Shown piece after piece: positions 1 to 12,631 of a DNA stretch of 64,000 nucleotides. The stretch covers positions 149,606,001-149,670,000 of the forward strand of contig OX597817.1 in the NCBI GenBank assembly GCA_951406725.2, read 5' to 3'. Source of the DNA: Octopus vulgaris. Lineage: Eukaryota. A program made the position numbers and the translations under genes. The notes under the pieces are model-generated. The model was not told the origin of the DNA and did no database searches. It saw only the letters and a list, made by a program, of their open reading frames with translations. The first letter of the stretch is position 1; each line of letters begins with the position of its first letter.

Positions 1-262
1 ATAAGTACCAGTTACGCACTGGGGTCGATGTAATCGACTTCATCCGTTTGTCTGTCTTTGTTTGTCCCCTCTGTGTTTAGCCCCTTCTGGGCAGTAAAGA
101 AATAGGTATTTCGTCTGTCTTTACGTTCTGAGTTCAAATTCCATCGAGATCTACTTAGCCTTTCATCATTTCGGAGGTCGATAAGCTATGTACTGGGGTC
201 GATCTAATCGACTGGCTCCCTCCCCAAAAATTTTGAGCCTTGTGCCTAGAGTAACAAAGAAT
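1..262 (+). mobile_element. SINE family B, partial tandem dimer (tail type i unit, then tail type ii unit)
   Basis: Core GACTTTGCCTTTCATCCTTTCGGGGTCGAT-like sequence and B-box GAGTTCAAATTCC; junction AAATA|GGTATTTCGTC at 104/105; homologous to more than 12 other copies in the window. Confidence 0.9.
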
Positions 263-299
263 ATTTATTTTAAGGGCCTTTTGCTTCTTTCCGATCGTT

Positions 300-707
300 C
301 TTTTATTTGTTTGTTTGTTTAAGTCATTTGACTGCGGCCATGCTGGTGCACCGCCTTTATCGATCCCAGGACTTATTCTTTGTAAGCCAAGTATTTATTC
401 TATCGGTCTCTTAAGCTGAACCGCTAAGTTACGGGGACGTAAACATACAAGCATCGGTTGTCAAGTGATGGTGAGGGGACACAGACACAAACACATACAC
501 ACACATATATACACACACACATATGTATATATATATATATATATACATATATACAATGGGCTTCTTTCAGTTTCCATCTACCATATTCACTCACAAGGCT
601 TTGGTCGGCCCGAGGCTATAGGAGAAGACACTTGCCCAAGGTGCCACGCAGTGTGACTGAACCCGGAACTATGTGGTTGCTAAGCAAGCTATTTATACAC
701 AGCCACT
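300..707 (-). mobile_element. SINE family A (tRNA-like head, internal TA/TG microsatellite, LINE-derived tail)
   Basis: Reverse complement of the family A copies at 3122-3638 and 41578-41993. Confidence 0.9.
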
Positions 708-1148
708 CATTGCTTATTTTGCATTCCATATTTCCCATTCCATATAACATTCCTTTTGCCATTTACTATTGTCACTAGGTCCCGTAGATCACCTCTCTTG
801 AAATCTAATAAGACGTCTAAGGCTGTCGTTGTTGTTTTGTTATTATTATTGATCATACTTCTTATCGACACTATTGTCATGTCGTCTGCGTGTTAGAAGA
901 TCTCAGTTTATAGGCTAAATAAAGAAGAGCTTACTGTAGAGCCTTCCTTGATTCTTTCCTTAATTTTAAATTCTGAGGTTTTCCTCCTTCAGTCTTTACA
1001 GTTGTTGATTACTCCCAGTAGAATTTTTGTTAGTTGTAAATCTTCATCATATTCTTTTCAGTTCTAACAGACATTCGACTTTCTGTCAAATGCATTGATA
1101 TAACATATGAAGCATATGTTAGCATCTCGAATTATTTCTAGAGAACTT

Positions 1149-1379
1149 TATTTCTTTACTGCCCACAAGGGCTAAACATAGAGGTGACAAACAAGCACAG
1201 ACAAAGGGATTAAGTCGATTATATCGACCCCAGTGCGTAACTGGTACTTATTTAGTCGACCCCGAAAGGATGAAAAGTAAAGTCGACCTTGGCGGAGTTT
1301 GAACTCAGAACGTGACGGCAGACGAAATACGGGTACGCATTTCGCCCGGCTTGCTAACGTTTCTACCAGCATGCTGCCT
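1149..1379 (-). mobile_element. SINE family B, inserted in the RTE LINE
   Basis: Full-length reverse-complement copy; flanking repeat AGAACTTT. Confidence 0.9.
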
Positions 1380-2544
1380 TGCTGAAGAACTTTCTGTCTT
1401 TCGTTTTTAGATTTGGCTTGCAAAATTCTTTATGTGAGTTCGAGTATTGAAGCATATTCTGTTGTGTCTGGGGAGATTCATTCTCTTTTAGTACCTTATT
1501 ATTTAACACACTCACCGGTAAAATTTCCACTCATTTACTTATTTATTTTTATAAAATTCTCGTTGCGTCTTGCAACCTTTTCGAAAGTTGTTGTCTTCTG
1601 TCTTTCATCGACATTCATTGTTTTTTTATCTCTACTTATTTTGAGATTTTGCTGCCATTAGAAGTTACAAAATTAATCGTAGGCGTTCTTTTCTCACCAT
1701 CGCGCTTTTCTTTTATCTTTCCATCCCGTCTAGATACAATCTTCTCATGATCAAGCAGTAGGTTCGTTTCGCTTTGTTTTATCTTCAATGTTATCACTTT
1801 GTTTACTCATGTATTTTCTGTTTATGGTGTTATTTATTTTTATCGTTCATTCCTTTGGATATATATGCTGCTTAATAAGTTTTTTAACTACTTGACATTG
1901 ATCATCCAACATTTCGGTCTTTGCTTTTCTGCATTCAGAGCAGATCTCTTTATTTAAAATGTTATAATCTAGCTCGATCTCTTTTCTTCTACTTTTCTGA
2001 TACAATTTCATTAGAAATCCATTTTTCTTCTTTTCCTTTCAGGCACTATTTCAATGTTTTCTCTGGTGATGTTTGCATGCAACTTTTAATTGTGTTCCAT
2101 TTTGCTTCCATTCATTCTGTATTACATGCTTCTTTAATTTATTATATTTTGCTTTTGTTTCGTTGTTTTGTTCATTGAGTAAATATTCATACTTGTTTCG
2201 TATGAGAATTTCTGTTTGTATTCTATCGTTTTTAGCAAGTTTAAGTTTAATTGTTCTCGTCTTTTAACCATTTTCATTTTATTAAGTTTGACTTGTAATT
2301 TAATTACCACTAGATTTTGGTCGGAATTGATATCTGCTGCAAGGTACATTTTTACAAGTTTCTCACAGTTTTTAAACCGGTTTGTGTTATCAGTAAATAG
2401 TCTATCAAATTCCTTGTTGTGGCACCTGGATTCTTCCCAATGAATAATTCTCTTGATGCTTGCTAGAATAGAAAGTTAGTGACCATTAAGTTTTTCTTTG
2501 ATATAAAAAAAAAACAAGATCGGTTGGTCGCCTGCTTCATTTCT

Positions 2545-2760
2545 TATTTCTTTATTGCTCACAGGGGGCCAAACAAAGACAGACAAAGGGATTAAGTCGA
2601 ATATATCGACCCCAGTGCGTAACTGGTACTTAATTTATCGACCCCGAAAGGATAAAAGGCTAAGTCGACCTCGGCGGAATTTGAACTCAGAATGTAACGG
2701 CAGACGAAATACTGATATGCATTTCGCCCGGCGTGCTAAAGATTCTGCCAGCTCGCCGCC
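2545..2760 (-). mobile_element. SINE family B with target-site duplication
   Basis: TSD TGCTTCATTTCT on both sides (2533-2544 and 2761-2772). Confidence 0.92.
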
Positions 2761-3121
2761 TGCTTCATTTCTCTCACCCACTGACCTCTTCCTTACATTG
2801 TTGATGGTTTCCCTGATAACCTTTACATTAAAATCGTCTCACATTATAACTGTGGTTTCTTCGGTTTTAGCACATTTATTACATTTTCAATTTTTTTGGT
2901 AAATTCTTCTGCCTCTCCCTCACAGTTATTCTTGTATATTAGAAAGAGCGAATGAACAGGCGAATCCTGTGATTTCACTTTAAAGCATGTCATTTATAAT
3001 TCAAACATAATTGCTGGGTGGAGTAAATAAGGGATTCAGAAATAGCCTGTTAATTCTCTTACAGCTGTTTCTAGAATAGTTTTGCATATAATGCATTGGT
3101 ACTTGAGCAAAGGTTTCCATA

Positions 3122-3285
3122 TAGGCGTAGGAGTGGCTGTGTGGTACGTAGCTTGCTTCCGGGTTCAGTGCCACACAGTAGTGTGGCACCTTGGGCAAGT
3201 GTCTTCTACTAAAGCCTCGGGCCGACCAAAGCCTTGTGAGTGGATTTGGTTGACGGAAACTGAAAGAAACCCGTCATACATATGA

Positions 3286-3369
<84 letters not shown>

Positions 3370-3638
3370 ATGTATGTATGTATATATGTATGTATGTATG
3401 AATGCATGTGTGTGCATATATTTGTGTGTCTGTGTTTGTCCCCCAGCATCGCTTGACAACCGATGCTGGTGTGTTTACGTTCCCGTAACTTAGCGGCTCG
3501 GCAAAAGAGACCGATATAATAAATACTAGGCTTACAAAGAATAAGTCCTGGGGTCGATTTGCTCGACTAAAGGCGGTGCTCCAGCATGGCCACAGTCAAA
3601 TGACTGAAACAGCTAAAAGAGTAAAAGAGTAAAAGAGT
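3122..3638 (+). mobile_element. SINE family A, full length
   Basis: Head GGCGTAGGAGTGGCTGTGTGGT with GGTTCAGT B-box-like motif, internal (TA)(TG)(TATG) microsatellite, tail GGCGGTGCTCCAGCATGGCC..TGACTGAAAC then (GTAAAAGA)n. Confidence 0.92.
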
Positions 3639-3933
3639 ATATAAGCCACTTTCAGAGAGGAATTGAGAAATATCCTTAATAATGGCTATTCAGTTGCTTC
3701 ATCAGTATCACTTTATCCGAAATTGTATCCAACTAAGATTTTATAATAACTTTTTTTTATACCGATTCCCACTTATTTTCTGTACTCTTTCACACAAGAA
3801 TCGCACACGACTACATAACCGAAGGATTTGTCTCCTACAGTTTTACCATCATGTGTCTAGCTGATTTTTTTATTTACCCATAATGTCAATATTCATGTTT
3901 TCTGTTTCCTGCATAAGATCAGGTAAGAACTTA

Positions 3934-4326
3934 TCTCTATATGTATAAAGCTGAAGTTGTCTGTGTATGGCAGGTTTGGTAGCCTTCAACTAACTCTATC
4001 TCCTCCGAGATCCTGGGGCGCATGTTAACTAAAATTGAGAATATGATAGAAGAAGGCTTGCTCTTCCTTCCGTAGAAGAAAAAATTCAAATCGGACCATG
4101 TTAACACCAAAAATTATTTACATCAAAAAGGTGCTTTTTTTTCTATGAAAATCCCTATTTTTTACAATTTTTTTACTGTTGTGTCGCCATTTTTAGGTGT
4201 ATTTCAACCAGAAAAATGTTCACTTAAAGAGAATAACAAGCTACATAATGCAGAATCTTTATTTTTCAAAAATTTCAATTCTAAGTGGTCGAAACAAACC
4301 CAAGCAAGGCCGGGCGATATTGCTAG
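3934..4326 (+). mobile_element. Non-autonomous Helitron
   Basis: A|TCTCTATATGTATAAA 5' end, subterminal GC-rich CCCAAGCAAGGCCGGG, CTAG|T 3' end, no TSD; 3' end nearly identical to 29548-29936. Confidence 0.85.
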
Positions 4327-4776
4327 TATACAGCTATAAGTACTTGGTACTAAAACTCAAGTATCAGGTATATGTGGGTAGTATGGCACTAGAGATAGTA
4401 TCCTAAAAGTGGAGCTTTCATTTCTTATATCAGTATCCTATGAAATTGACTGACGGAGCAAAGACGAACTTCTTTCGAAACTAACTGAACATTTCTTTAA
4501 GTGTAAACATATATTCACCGTTCAGACGTAGGTTAACTATCAATAAATTCATTTATTCCGCTTCGAGAACTGTTTCAACCTATCAATAAATTAAATAAAT
4601 AAATTTAGTCGATGAATTTAATTAAAATTGTTGATCTTACAGATCGTAAGAAAACTACATTTATTTTCCTTAAAACGGTCTGACCAAATCTAATGCCACT
4701 GCTGCTGCTTCTGTCGCCGCCGCTGCTACTGCTGCTACTGCTGCTGCTGCCATTTTCATATCGAATAACAGACAAG

Positions 4777-4790
4777 AGGTCATAGGGTCA
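4777..4790 (+). promoter_or_regulatory. Candidate nuclear-receptor DR2 element
   Basis: AGGTCA-TA-GGGTCA in unique sequence; motif match only. Confidence 0.25.
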
Positions 4791-5004
4791 ACTTTGTATT
4801 GCTAGCAATCATATCGAACTAAAAGACGAGCGACGGAGACGCGCAGACTCAGAAACTTATAGCGGTTAATATTGAGATATTAATACGGGACTCAAAAGAT
4901 CTCAAAAGTCATGTAGTATAAAGATGCCAGTTCAAGATCTATCGACTGCTCTCAATTTCGTTTATTTATATATTTATTTATTTATTTATTCATCAAATAA
5001 ATGC

Positions 5005-5665
5005 AGGCATTGTTGTATGGTTAACAAGCTTTAAGGCGGCGAGCAGGCAGAAACGTTAGCACGCCGGGCGAAATGCTTAGCATTATTTCATCTGCCGCTA
5101 CGTTCTGAGTTCAAATTCCGCTGAGGTCGACTTTGCCTTTCATCCTTTCGGGGTCGATTAAATAAGTACCAGTTACGGACTGGGGTCGATATAATCGACT
5201 TAATCCGTTTGTCTGTCCTTGTTTTTCCTCTCTGTGTTTAGCCCTTGTGGGTAGTAAAGAAATGGGCTAACAAGCTCGCTTTCCAACTGCATGGTCTTGG
5301 GTTCAGTTTCACTGTACAGAACCATCAGTGAACGTCTTCCATTATAGCTCCGGACTAACGAATACTTTGTGAATGTATTTGCTCGAAGGAAACTGTATAG
5401 AAGCCCGTCATGTGTGTGTCTGTATGTCTGTACGTCTGTGTCTGCATGTCTGTGTGTGTGCCTCTACTTGTCACCCATTCCACAGCTTTAAAACGTGTGT
5501 TGGTTTGTTTACGTCCCTCGTAACTTAGCGTTTCGGCAAGAGATACCGATAAAATTAGTACTAAACTAACAAAAATGTACTGGGAGTCTATTTGTTCGAC
5601 TAAAATTTTTCAAGGTTATTTCCCAGCGTGGTCGTAGTGCAATGACTGAAACAAAAAAAAGATAA
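5005..5665 (+). mobile_element. Old SINE A with a SINE B (about 5035-5263) nested in its head
   Basis: Diverged family A sequence resumes after the SINE B; TSD GGTTAACAAGCT / GGCTAACAAGCT (5019-5030, 5265-5276). Confidence 0.85.
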
Positions 5666-6075
5666 AGAGAGATATTTCATATGCGATTTACATATTTTTC
5701 ATACTTTCGACAGTTTTCTTCTTTTTTATTGTTTAGTCAAGGAAAGATGGGCTGCACTTATTGCCTTGTGTTTTCACAGAGGCCCCGAGACTTGTGGACG
5801 AAAGTTATGCTCAAGCTGGAGATGTGGCCCTAATAAAAGAGTTCTAACAACTGAGCGATCCCCATTAAATATATCAAAGTACCATTTAGTGGCGTTGGTT
5901 TGCGCGATCGATAAAATCGACCACCCAACTCCCAAAAATGCAAAGAACTGGGACCAGTCCCACAAGACATTTCACCTGGCCTTCTAACAATTCTACCAAT
6001 AAGTGATACTTTCAAAAATGTAAACAAACCCACACAGCGATTATTGGGGGACCAAACCAAATACAAACACACACA

Positions 6076-6114
<39 letters not shown>

Positions 6115-6211
6115 TTACTAATCATTGCTTTGAATGCACCAAAGTTTCAGAATTTGGTGTTGCATTTTATCATGATCGTAAGGGCAGAGACATTCATAAT
6201 CGTATAAAATA

Positions 6212-6777
6212 TTGGGTTGTCCGGAAAGTTCGTGCCGATTTATAGCAGCTTACCTTTCGACTTATTGTAGAACATGGTTGAGTCCATAAAATAGGATTTG
6301 ACTACACCTCCATTTGGAACACAGTTTAAGCTATCTTTTCGTGGAAGAAGGTTTATGTTCCTATAACCTGTGTTAATTCTGTAACCCTTTAAAATGGAAT
6401 ATAAGAAATTTTATTTTCGGCACTTGATGCTTTGGGAACCAGACAAAAATTGCTGCAGCTCGGCTGGGATGTGTTACCTCGCCCTCCATATTCACCAGAT
6501 ATTGCTCCTTCGGATTTCCACTTATTCAGGTCTCTGCAGAATAGTCTTAATTGTAAAAGTCTCAATTCTTTGGATGACGTAAAAAGATACCTTGATGAAT
6601 TCTTTGCCATGAAACCACCTCAATTTTGGGAAGAGGGTATTTTCAAGTTAAAGGAAAAATGGAAACGCATTGCGCAACAAAATGGTTCATACTTGGTTGA
6701 TTAAAAATGTAATGGCAAGTATTTATTGACGTTTTTCTTTCCTTTAAAAATCGGCACGAATTTTCCAGACAATCCAA
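6212..6777 (+). mobile_element. Internally deleted mariner transposon (mellifera-like)
   Basis: About 30 bp TIRs TTGGGTTGTCCGGAAAGTTCGTGCCGATTT / AAATCGGCACGAATTTTCCAGACAATCCAA with TA flanks; N-terminal MEYKKFYFRHLML (6394) joined out of frame to C-terminal LGWDVLPRPPYSPDIAPSDFHLFRSLQ (to 6704). Confidence 0.93.
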
Positions 6778-9269
6778 TATAATTGTTATATAATTTATAA
6801 TTTTATGATTATATAAATTGTTATATAATTAATTGTTATATAATTAGTTAGTATATATAACAAAAGCAAATATTTATCATATGATATATGCTTCTTCCAG
6901 GTACCATGACAAACGTTAAAACATCTAAATATAAGCTCTGTTTCCTTCATAATAATGATTATTTGCCTTTTTTTGTCGTTGGTAGACGGTATTGCAGAGA
7001 CAGCAAATTAACGACCTCTACTGTGCCTGGACTGTTTCCAGGAACAAGTGACTAACCCCAAATATACTTACCACTTCCCCACTCATGGGTGCGTCACAAT
7101 GGAAGACAAGTCAATATGTTTGAGCATTCATAGAGCCAAAGGTGATGACAGATACTGATTAAGTATAACCGTACATATCTGCTTTAGGGTCCCTCCCTCA
7201 GGCGTATCAACAGGGGTTTAATCCTACAATAAACGCTCAATAAATTACCCCCCACAATGCAGCAAAGGTTTATTTGTGCGGAACCAGCCCGATTCTTTCC
7301 TCCTTCAAACTTGTATTGGTCTGGTGCAGCAAGTACCAGGAGCCAGTAGTTGTCAAGAAGCAAGATTTGTATGGAGTGACCTTCCTCAAGTGAGCAGCTA
7401 AAGATCCGAAGAGACTCATCTGCTCTGGAGCCTTTGGAGTGTCTGTGAATGGCCTCCTTCCGGAGACAATGTTAATTAACCCCTTAATTAACCGCGACAT
7501 GCTAATTAACCCCTAACTGGGATTCTGACTGGTGCTGCTACTCCGGGTCAGCACAGACCTAGGAACAGTAGTAACTAAGAGATGATTCCACACTCCTAAA
7601 AGAACCTGGAACTCCAGAACCAGGGCTCCACAACCAGATGCAGGTTAAAATCATGCACAGGTGTTCCTCATACAATTCGGTTGATGTGTATAAAGAAAAT
7701 GGTAGTTAAACAAGTGAATAGAAAGCCAAGCCAGCCTCGTAGTCTTTATCATGCTTGGATAACATGCAATAATTCAATTTCTCTGAATTTCTATTACTGG
7801 ATTTCTTCAAAGCTCGATGCTTCATAAAACTTCCACGTCATCAAAAGATGTTACTTTTTTAATTGTAGCCATACCGCAGATGCTTAATAAATCTTTAACT
7901 TAAAACCAAATGAACAACAAAAAATTTAGCAAATTCATTATTCAACAGCATTTTCTAATCTTAAGTAGATATTTAACATTTTTTTCTTTATTATTTACGT
8001 CAAGTGAAATATGAAGTCGATATCCAAGTAGTTGTGTCGTATACATGCTTGAGGCTATAGTGATATCCATATTCCAAACAGTTCGCTGTCAGAAGCAGGT
8101 ATATACAAGAAGTGTCTTGATTTCCACCATTAAAGCATTTGTCAAAACTTTAACTCGGTGGTATAATGTTAAAGTTAGCAATTTGTGTATTTAATTTTAT
8201 GTTATTAAGAAGTCTAAATAAGTAGATCTAAACTACAACAAAAAAAACAGCCTTCATTTAATATAAAACTATTGTCATTTCAGTGATATTTAGTTCAAAT
8301 TACTCTCTCAGGACGTGAAATTCTACTCTTTTACTGTGCCCAATATAGATATATCTCAGTTCTGGAATACACACCATGCGAGACATACGATATTGTCTCT
8401 CGTAGAAATGTCCAAGCGAATGAGAAAATTTAATCAATTTCCTAACAGAATGAAATAATCCGTTACTATTAACTCTTGCGTTTCATCCAATGACATAATG
8501 GAAACATCAAGTTACATTTTGTTTTGTTTTGTCTTGTTTTTTTTTTTTGTTTTTTGTTTGATCGAGTTTTTGTTCATTCGGGTTTTTCTTCGTTCCATAC
8601 TTTCTTATTATTGTGATGTTACAATCGATAGGAATATTCCTAAATACTTTTCTAAAAGTTGTTTGCATTGTTATCCTGAAATGAAAAAGTAATTTATATG
8701 AATTACGAAACATGGAAATGAGACTGAAATCTTACCACGGTTCTGTCATATAATAGCAATCGATAAACGTTATCCAATAAATCATCAGCTTTGAAAGATT
8801 TATTTCTTGAGATAGGAAAATGGCACAACTTGAAAATTGTGCAATACAGTGAAATCCTAACCAATTAAAATTCTCCAAGACATTATCAGAATCAAAGAAG
8901 AAAAGAAAAGACCATATCTTAGTGGTCCTTAGTTTGGATTATTTCTCTGCTAATTTGATATTTGTTATGTTTGACAAATTTTATTCTGATAGTTTTCAAT
9001 CTATGGTGCTATAGGATGATAGATGAATAATTGTAAACTAAATGGAATTCTTCCAAATAATAGCAATACATTGTTATTACAGACTTTTATATATTTCTTT
9101 CCTGATTTTCTGAAACTGTTCATGAATTTTATATGATCTGTTTGTAGTTAGGAATTACGAGTTGCCAACATAAATATTTGTACAAAGGGAAGCTGACATA
9201 GACGTGTATTCGACACACACATACACAACCACACACTTACATATACACACATACACATAATATTAGCAT

Positions 9270-9604
<335 letters not shown>

Positions 9605-10010
9605 TGCGCAGGCATAGCTGTGTGGTAAGTAGCTTGTTTCCCAACCACATGATTCAGGGTTCAGTCCCACTGCGTGGCACACTGGGCAAGTGTCTTCTAC
9701 TATATCCCCGGGCCGACCAAAGCCATGTGATTGTATCTGGTAGGCGAAAAATGAAAGAAGCCCGTTGTATATATCTTTATGTATGTGTGTGTGTGTCTGT
9801 GTGTCTGTGTGTGTTTGCCTTTGTGTATATGTTCCTTATCAACCGGTGTTGGTGTGTTTACGTCCCCGTAACTAATCGACTCGGCAAAAGAGACCGATAG
9901 AATAAGTACTAGGCTTCAAAAAGAAGTCCTGGGGTCGATTCGTTTGACTAAAACCCTCCAAGGCGATGCTCCAGCATGGCCGCAGTCAAATGACTGAAAC
10001 AAGTAAAAGA
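9605..10010 (+). mobile_element. SINE family A
   Basis: Head, body and tail match the other copies. Confidence 0.9.
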
Positions 10011-10217
10011 ATATATATATATATTGGCGTACTGGTTGGTCGCTGTTTGAAGCAGCCTTACTTCTGATATTTATTGTTTTTAAAATAGCACATCCCATAA
10101 GAGATGCCATTTCAGGACAAATACCGCAGTTTCTGGCCTATCAACGGTGTTTATACGTTAAATATGAGACACTTACGACTGCTTTAACTTAAAACAGCTC
10201 CCTGTTTCGTACATAGG

Positions 10218-10258
<41 letters not shown>

Positions 10259-10506
10259 TATAGATAGATAGATAGATAGGCAGACAGACAGGTAGATAGA
10301 CAGATAGATAAGTAGGTAGGTAGGTATGTAGGTAGATAGGTAGGTAGGTAGGTAGGTAGGTAGGTAGGTAGGTAGGTAGGTAGGTAGGTAGAAATAGACA
10401 GATGGATGGATAGATAGATGGATAGATACATACATACATACATACATACATACATACATACATACATACATACATACATACATACATACATACATACATA
10501 CATACA
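10218..10506. repeat. Compound tetranucleotide repeat GATA/GACA/GGTA/GGAT/CATA
   Basis: Direct reading. Confidence 0.97.
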
Positions 10507-10807
10507 TTAATGTGGACGCTTACAGACGTGTGTGTGTACAAAGAAAATGTAGACCGTTGCTTCGAAGTTTCTGGTATCAATCAATCCGGTAGAAACCAAC
10601 ACATCCGATTCTTCCGAGAAACTATCAACTTTTTCCTTTAAAAAAAATAACTAGGTTGTTTTCTGGGGAGACTCATTCTGTTTTAACGCCTTATTAATTA
10701 ACACACTCACTGGTTCAATTACCCCTCGTTTATTATTTTCCTTCTAAAATGTTCGTCGTTTCTTGCAACCTTTTCACTAGTTGCTGACTATAAATATGTT
10801 CCTCTAA

Positions 10808-11385
10808 GGTGGCGAGCTGGCAGAAACGTTAGCACGCCGGGCGAAATGCTTAGTGGTATTTCGTCTGCCGCTACGTTCTGAGTTCAAATTCCGCCGAGGT
10901 AAACTTTGCTTTTCATCCTTTCGGGGTCGATTAAATAAGTATCAGTTACGCACTGGGGTCGATGTAATCGACTTAATCCCTTTGTCTGTCCGCGTTTGTC
11001 CTCTCTGTGTTTAGTCCCTTGTGGGTAGTAAAAAAATAGGTATTTCGTCTGCTGCTACGTTCTGATTTCAAATTCCGCCGAGGTCGACTTTGCCTTTCAT
11101 CCTTTCGGGGTCGGTTAAATAAGTACCAGTTACGCACTGGGGTCGATGCAATCGACTTAATCCGTTTGTCTGTCCTTGTTTGTCCCCTCTGTGTTTAGCC
11201 CCTTGTGGGTAGTAAAGAAATAGGTATTACGCCTGCCGTTACGTTCTAAGTTCAAATTCCACCGAGGTCTACTTTGCCTTCCATCCTTTCGGAGTCGATA
11301 AATTAAATACCAGCTGCGTACTGGAATCGATCTAATCGACTGACCCCACCCCATAAATTTCGGGACTTGTGCCTAGAGTAGAAAT
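10808..11385 (+). mobile_element. SINE family B tandem trimer (tails i, i, ii)
   Basis: One full head, then two repeats restarting at GGTATT(T/A)CG at 11039 and 11223; last unit ends in GGGACTTGTGCCTAGAGTAGAAA. Confidence 0.92.
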
Positions 11386-11483
11386 AAATATATTCTTCTG
11401 TAGAAAGGCATTGAATGATCTGTCACTTAATGTTTTGACTGAGAATTTTATTTGCAATTTGCATAAAAACAAATGTTAATATA

Positions 11484-12067
11484 TAGGGTGTTCAAAAAGT
11501 CTCACCGCTGTAACTATTATATTGCAAAATAAATATTTATATGATGGTATAAGACTACAAAAGAATATTTTAGACATTACAAGACTTTAAAAAGCTTTAT
11601 AAGAGGTGATGAAAGTGTCGTCCTTCATTTTCAATGCATAAAATTTAATTTCTTTTTTACTGCCGTGTGAGCACTTCTTAGGCTGATTTCCGTTTCCAGT
11701 GACAATTTGTGTAAGGACTTTGACGGCCTTGCCAAAAGTTTATTAGAAATATTGGAGAGTGTTTCGTCTGAAAGAACAGTAGGCCCCACCGCTTCTTGCT
11801 GCGTCTTCCACTGAGCTTGTATTTCAAATCCCGTTCGGTATTTGGAAAAGTTTCACTGAACTTCTGTTTCACAGTATATGTGTTTTTGTTTCCAGCTCGA
11901 GACATCCATTCAACTGAAAACGTACATCCTTCAATGGTTAGCATGTCGACACACTGAAGGGTACACAATGACTGGGGGGCAATGGCTGACACCCGGCTGC
12001 CCACGCAGTGATAGCCAAATTGCGCATGCGCAGGATGAAAAAATTCCCTGCCGAGAGACTTTTTGAA
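11484..12067 (-). mobile_element. Internally deleted Tc1/mariner-superfamily element (DUF4817-type HTH transposase)
   Basis: TA-TAGGGTGTTCAAAAAGTCTC terminus and partial inverted GAGACTTTTTGAA; minus-strand peptides VKQKFSETFPNT, PSKSLHKLSLETEISLRSAHTAVKRKLNF and C-terminal CIENEGRHFHHLL*. Confidence 0.8.
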
Positions 12068-12219
12068 ATTCTTTATTTGTAATCTTTAACACAAAGTCAG
12101 CATTTGTTAGGAGTAGAGACTTGTGAATTATATCAAGCCCAGTACTTGCAAGCAGACAGAGACAAATACAGAGAGAGACAGACAGACAGCGAAACAGAAG
12201 GACACACACACAGTTTTTT

Positions 12220-12433
12220 TTTTCTACTCTAGTCACAAGGCACGAAATTTTGGGGAATGGTGGAGCCAGTCGATTAGATCGACCTCAGTACGCAACTGGT
12301 ACTTAATTTATCGACTCCGAAAGGATGAAAAGCAAAGTCGACCTCGGCGGAATTTGAACTCAGAATGTAGCGGCAGACGAAATACAGATAAGCATTTCGC
12401 CCGGCGTGCTAACGTTTCTGCCACCTCGCCGCC
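12220..12433 (-). mobile_element. SINE family B, tail type ii
   Basis: Reverse-complement head and core followed by the CCTTGTGACTAGAGTAGAAA tail. Confidence 0.9.
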
Positions 12434-12489
12434 TGTGACAAACACACAGACTGACAAACAGACAAACAGACAGACAGAGACGGACAGGC

Positions 12490-12563
<74 letters not shown>

Positions 12564-12564
12564 T

Positions 12565-12631
<67 letters not shown>

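Larger units (their letters stand above)
720..2900 (-). mobile_element. Decayed RTE-clade LINE (APE endonuclease to RT), interrupted by two SINE B copies and a short repeat
   Basis: Minus-strand remnants with stops and frameshifts: VIM*DDFNVKV..GERNEAG (about 2770-2860), RNLIDYLL and ADINSDQNLVVIKLQVKL (about 2290-2415), IKEGSTVSSSLFSL (about 910-955), HADDM (about 878-892, degenerate YADD). Confidence 0.85.

Noticed and set aside
458-778. Recurrent peptides such as RRHLPKVPRSG, HSQGFGRPEAIVEDTCPRCH and RNWYLIYRPRKD
   Set aside because: Antisense reading frames of SINE A and SINE B, not a gene family
6890-7160. Splice-like signals (TTCTTCCAG at 6900; minus-strand GTAAGT near 7071)
   Set aside because: Candidate exons are closed by stops or give unrecognisable short peptides
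10808-11385. Regularly repeated units suggestive of a CRISPR-like array
   Set aside because: Units are SINE bodies of about 185 bp with no unique spacers, in eukaryotic DNA with no cas genes
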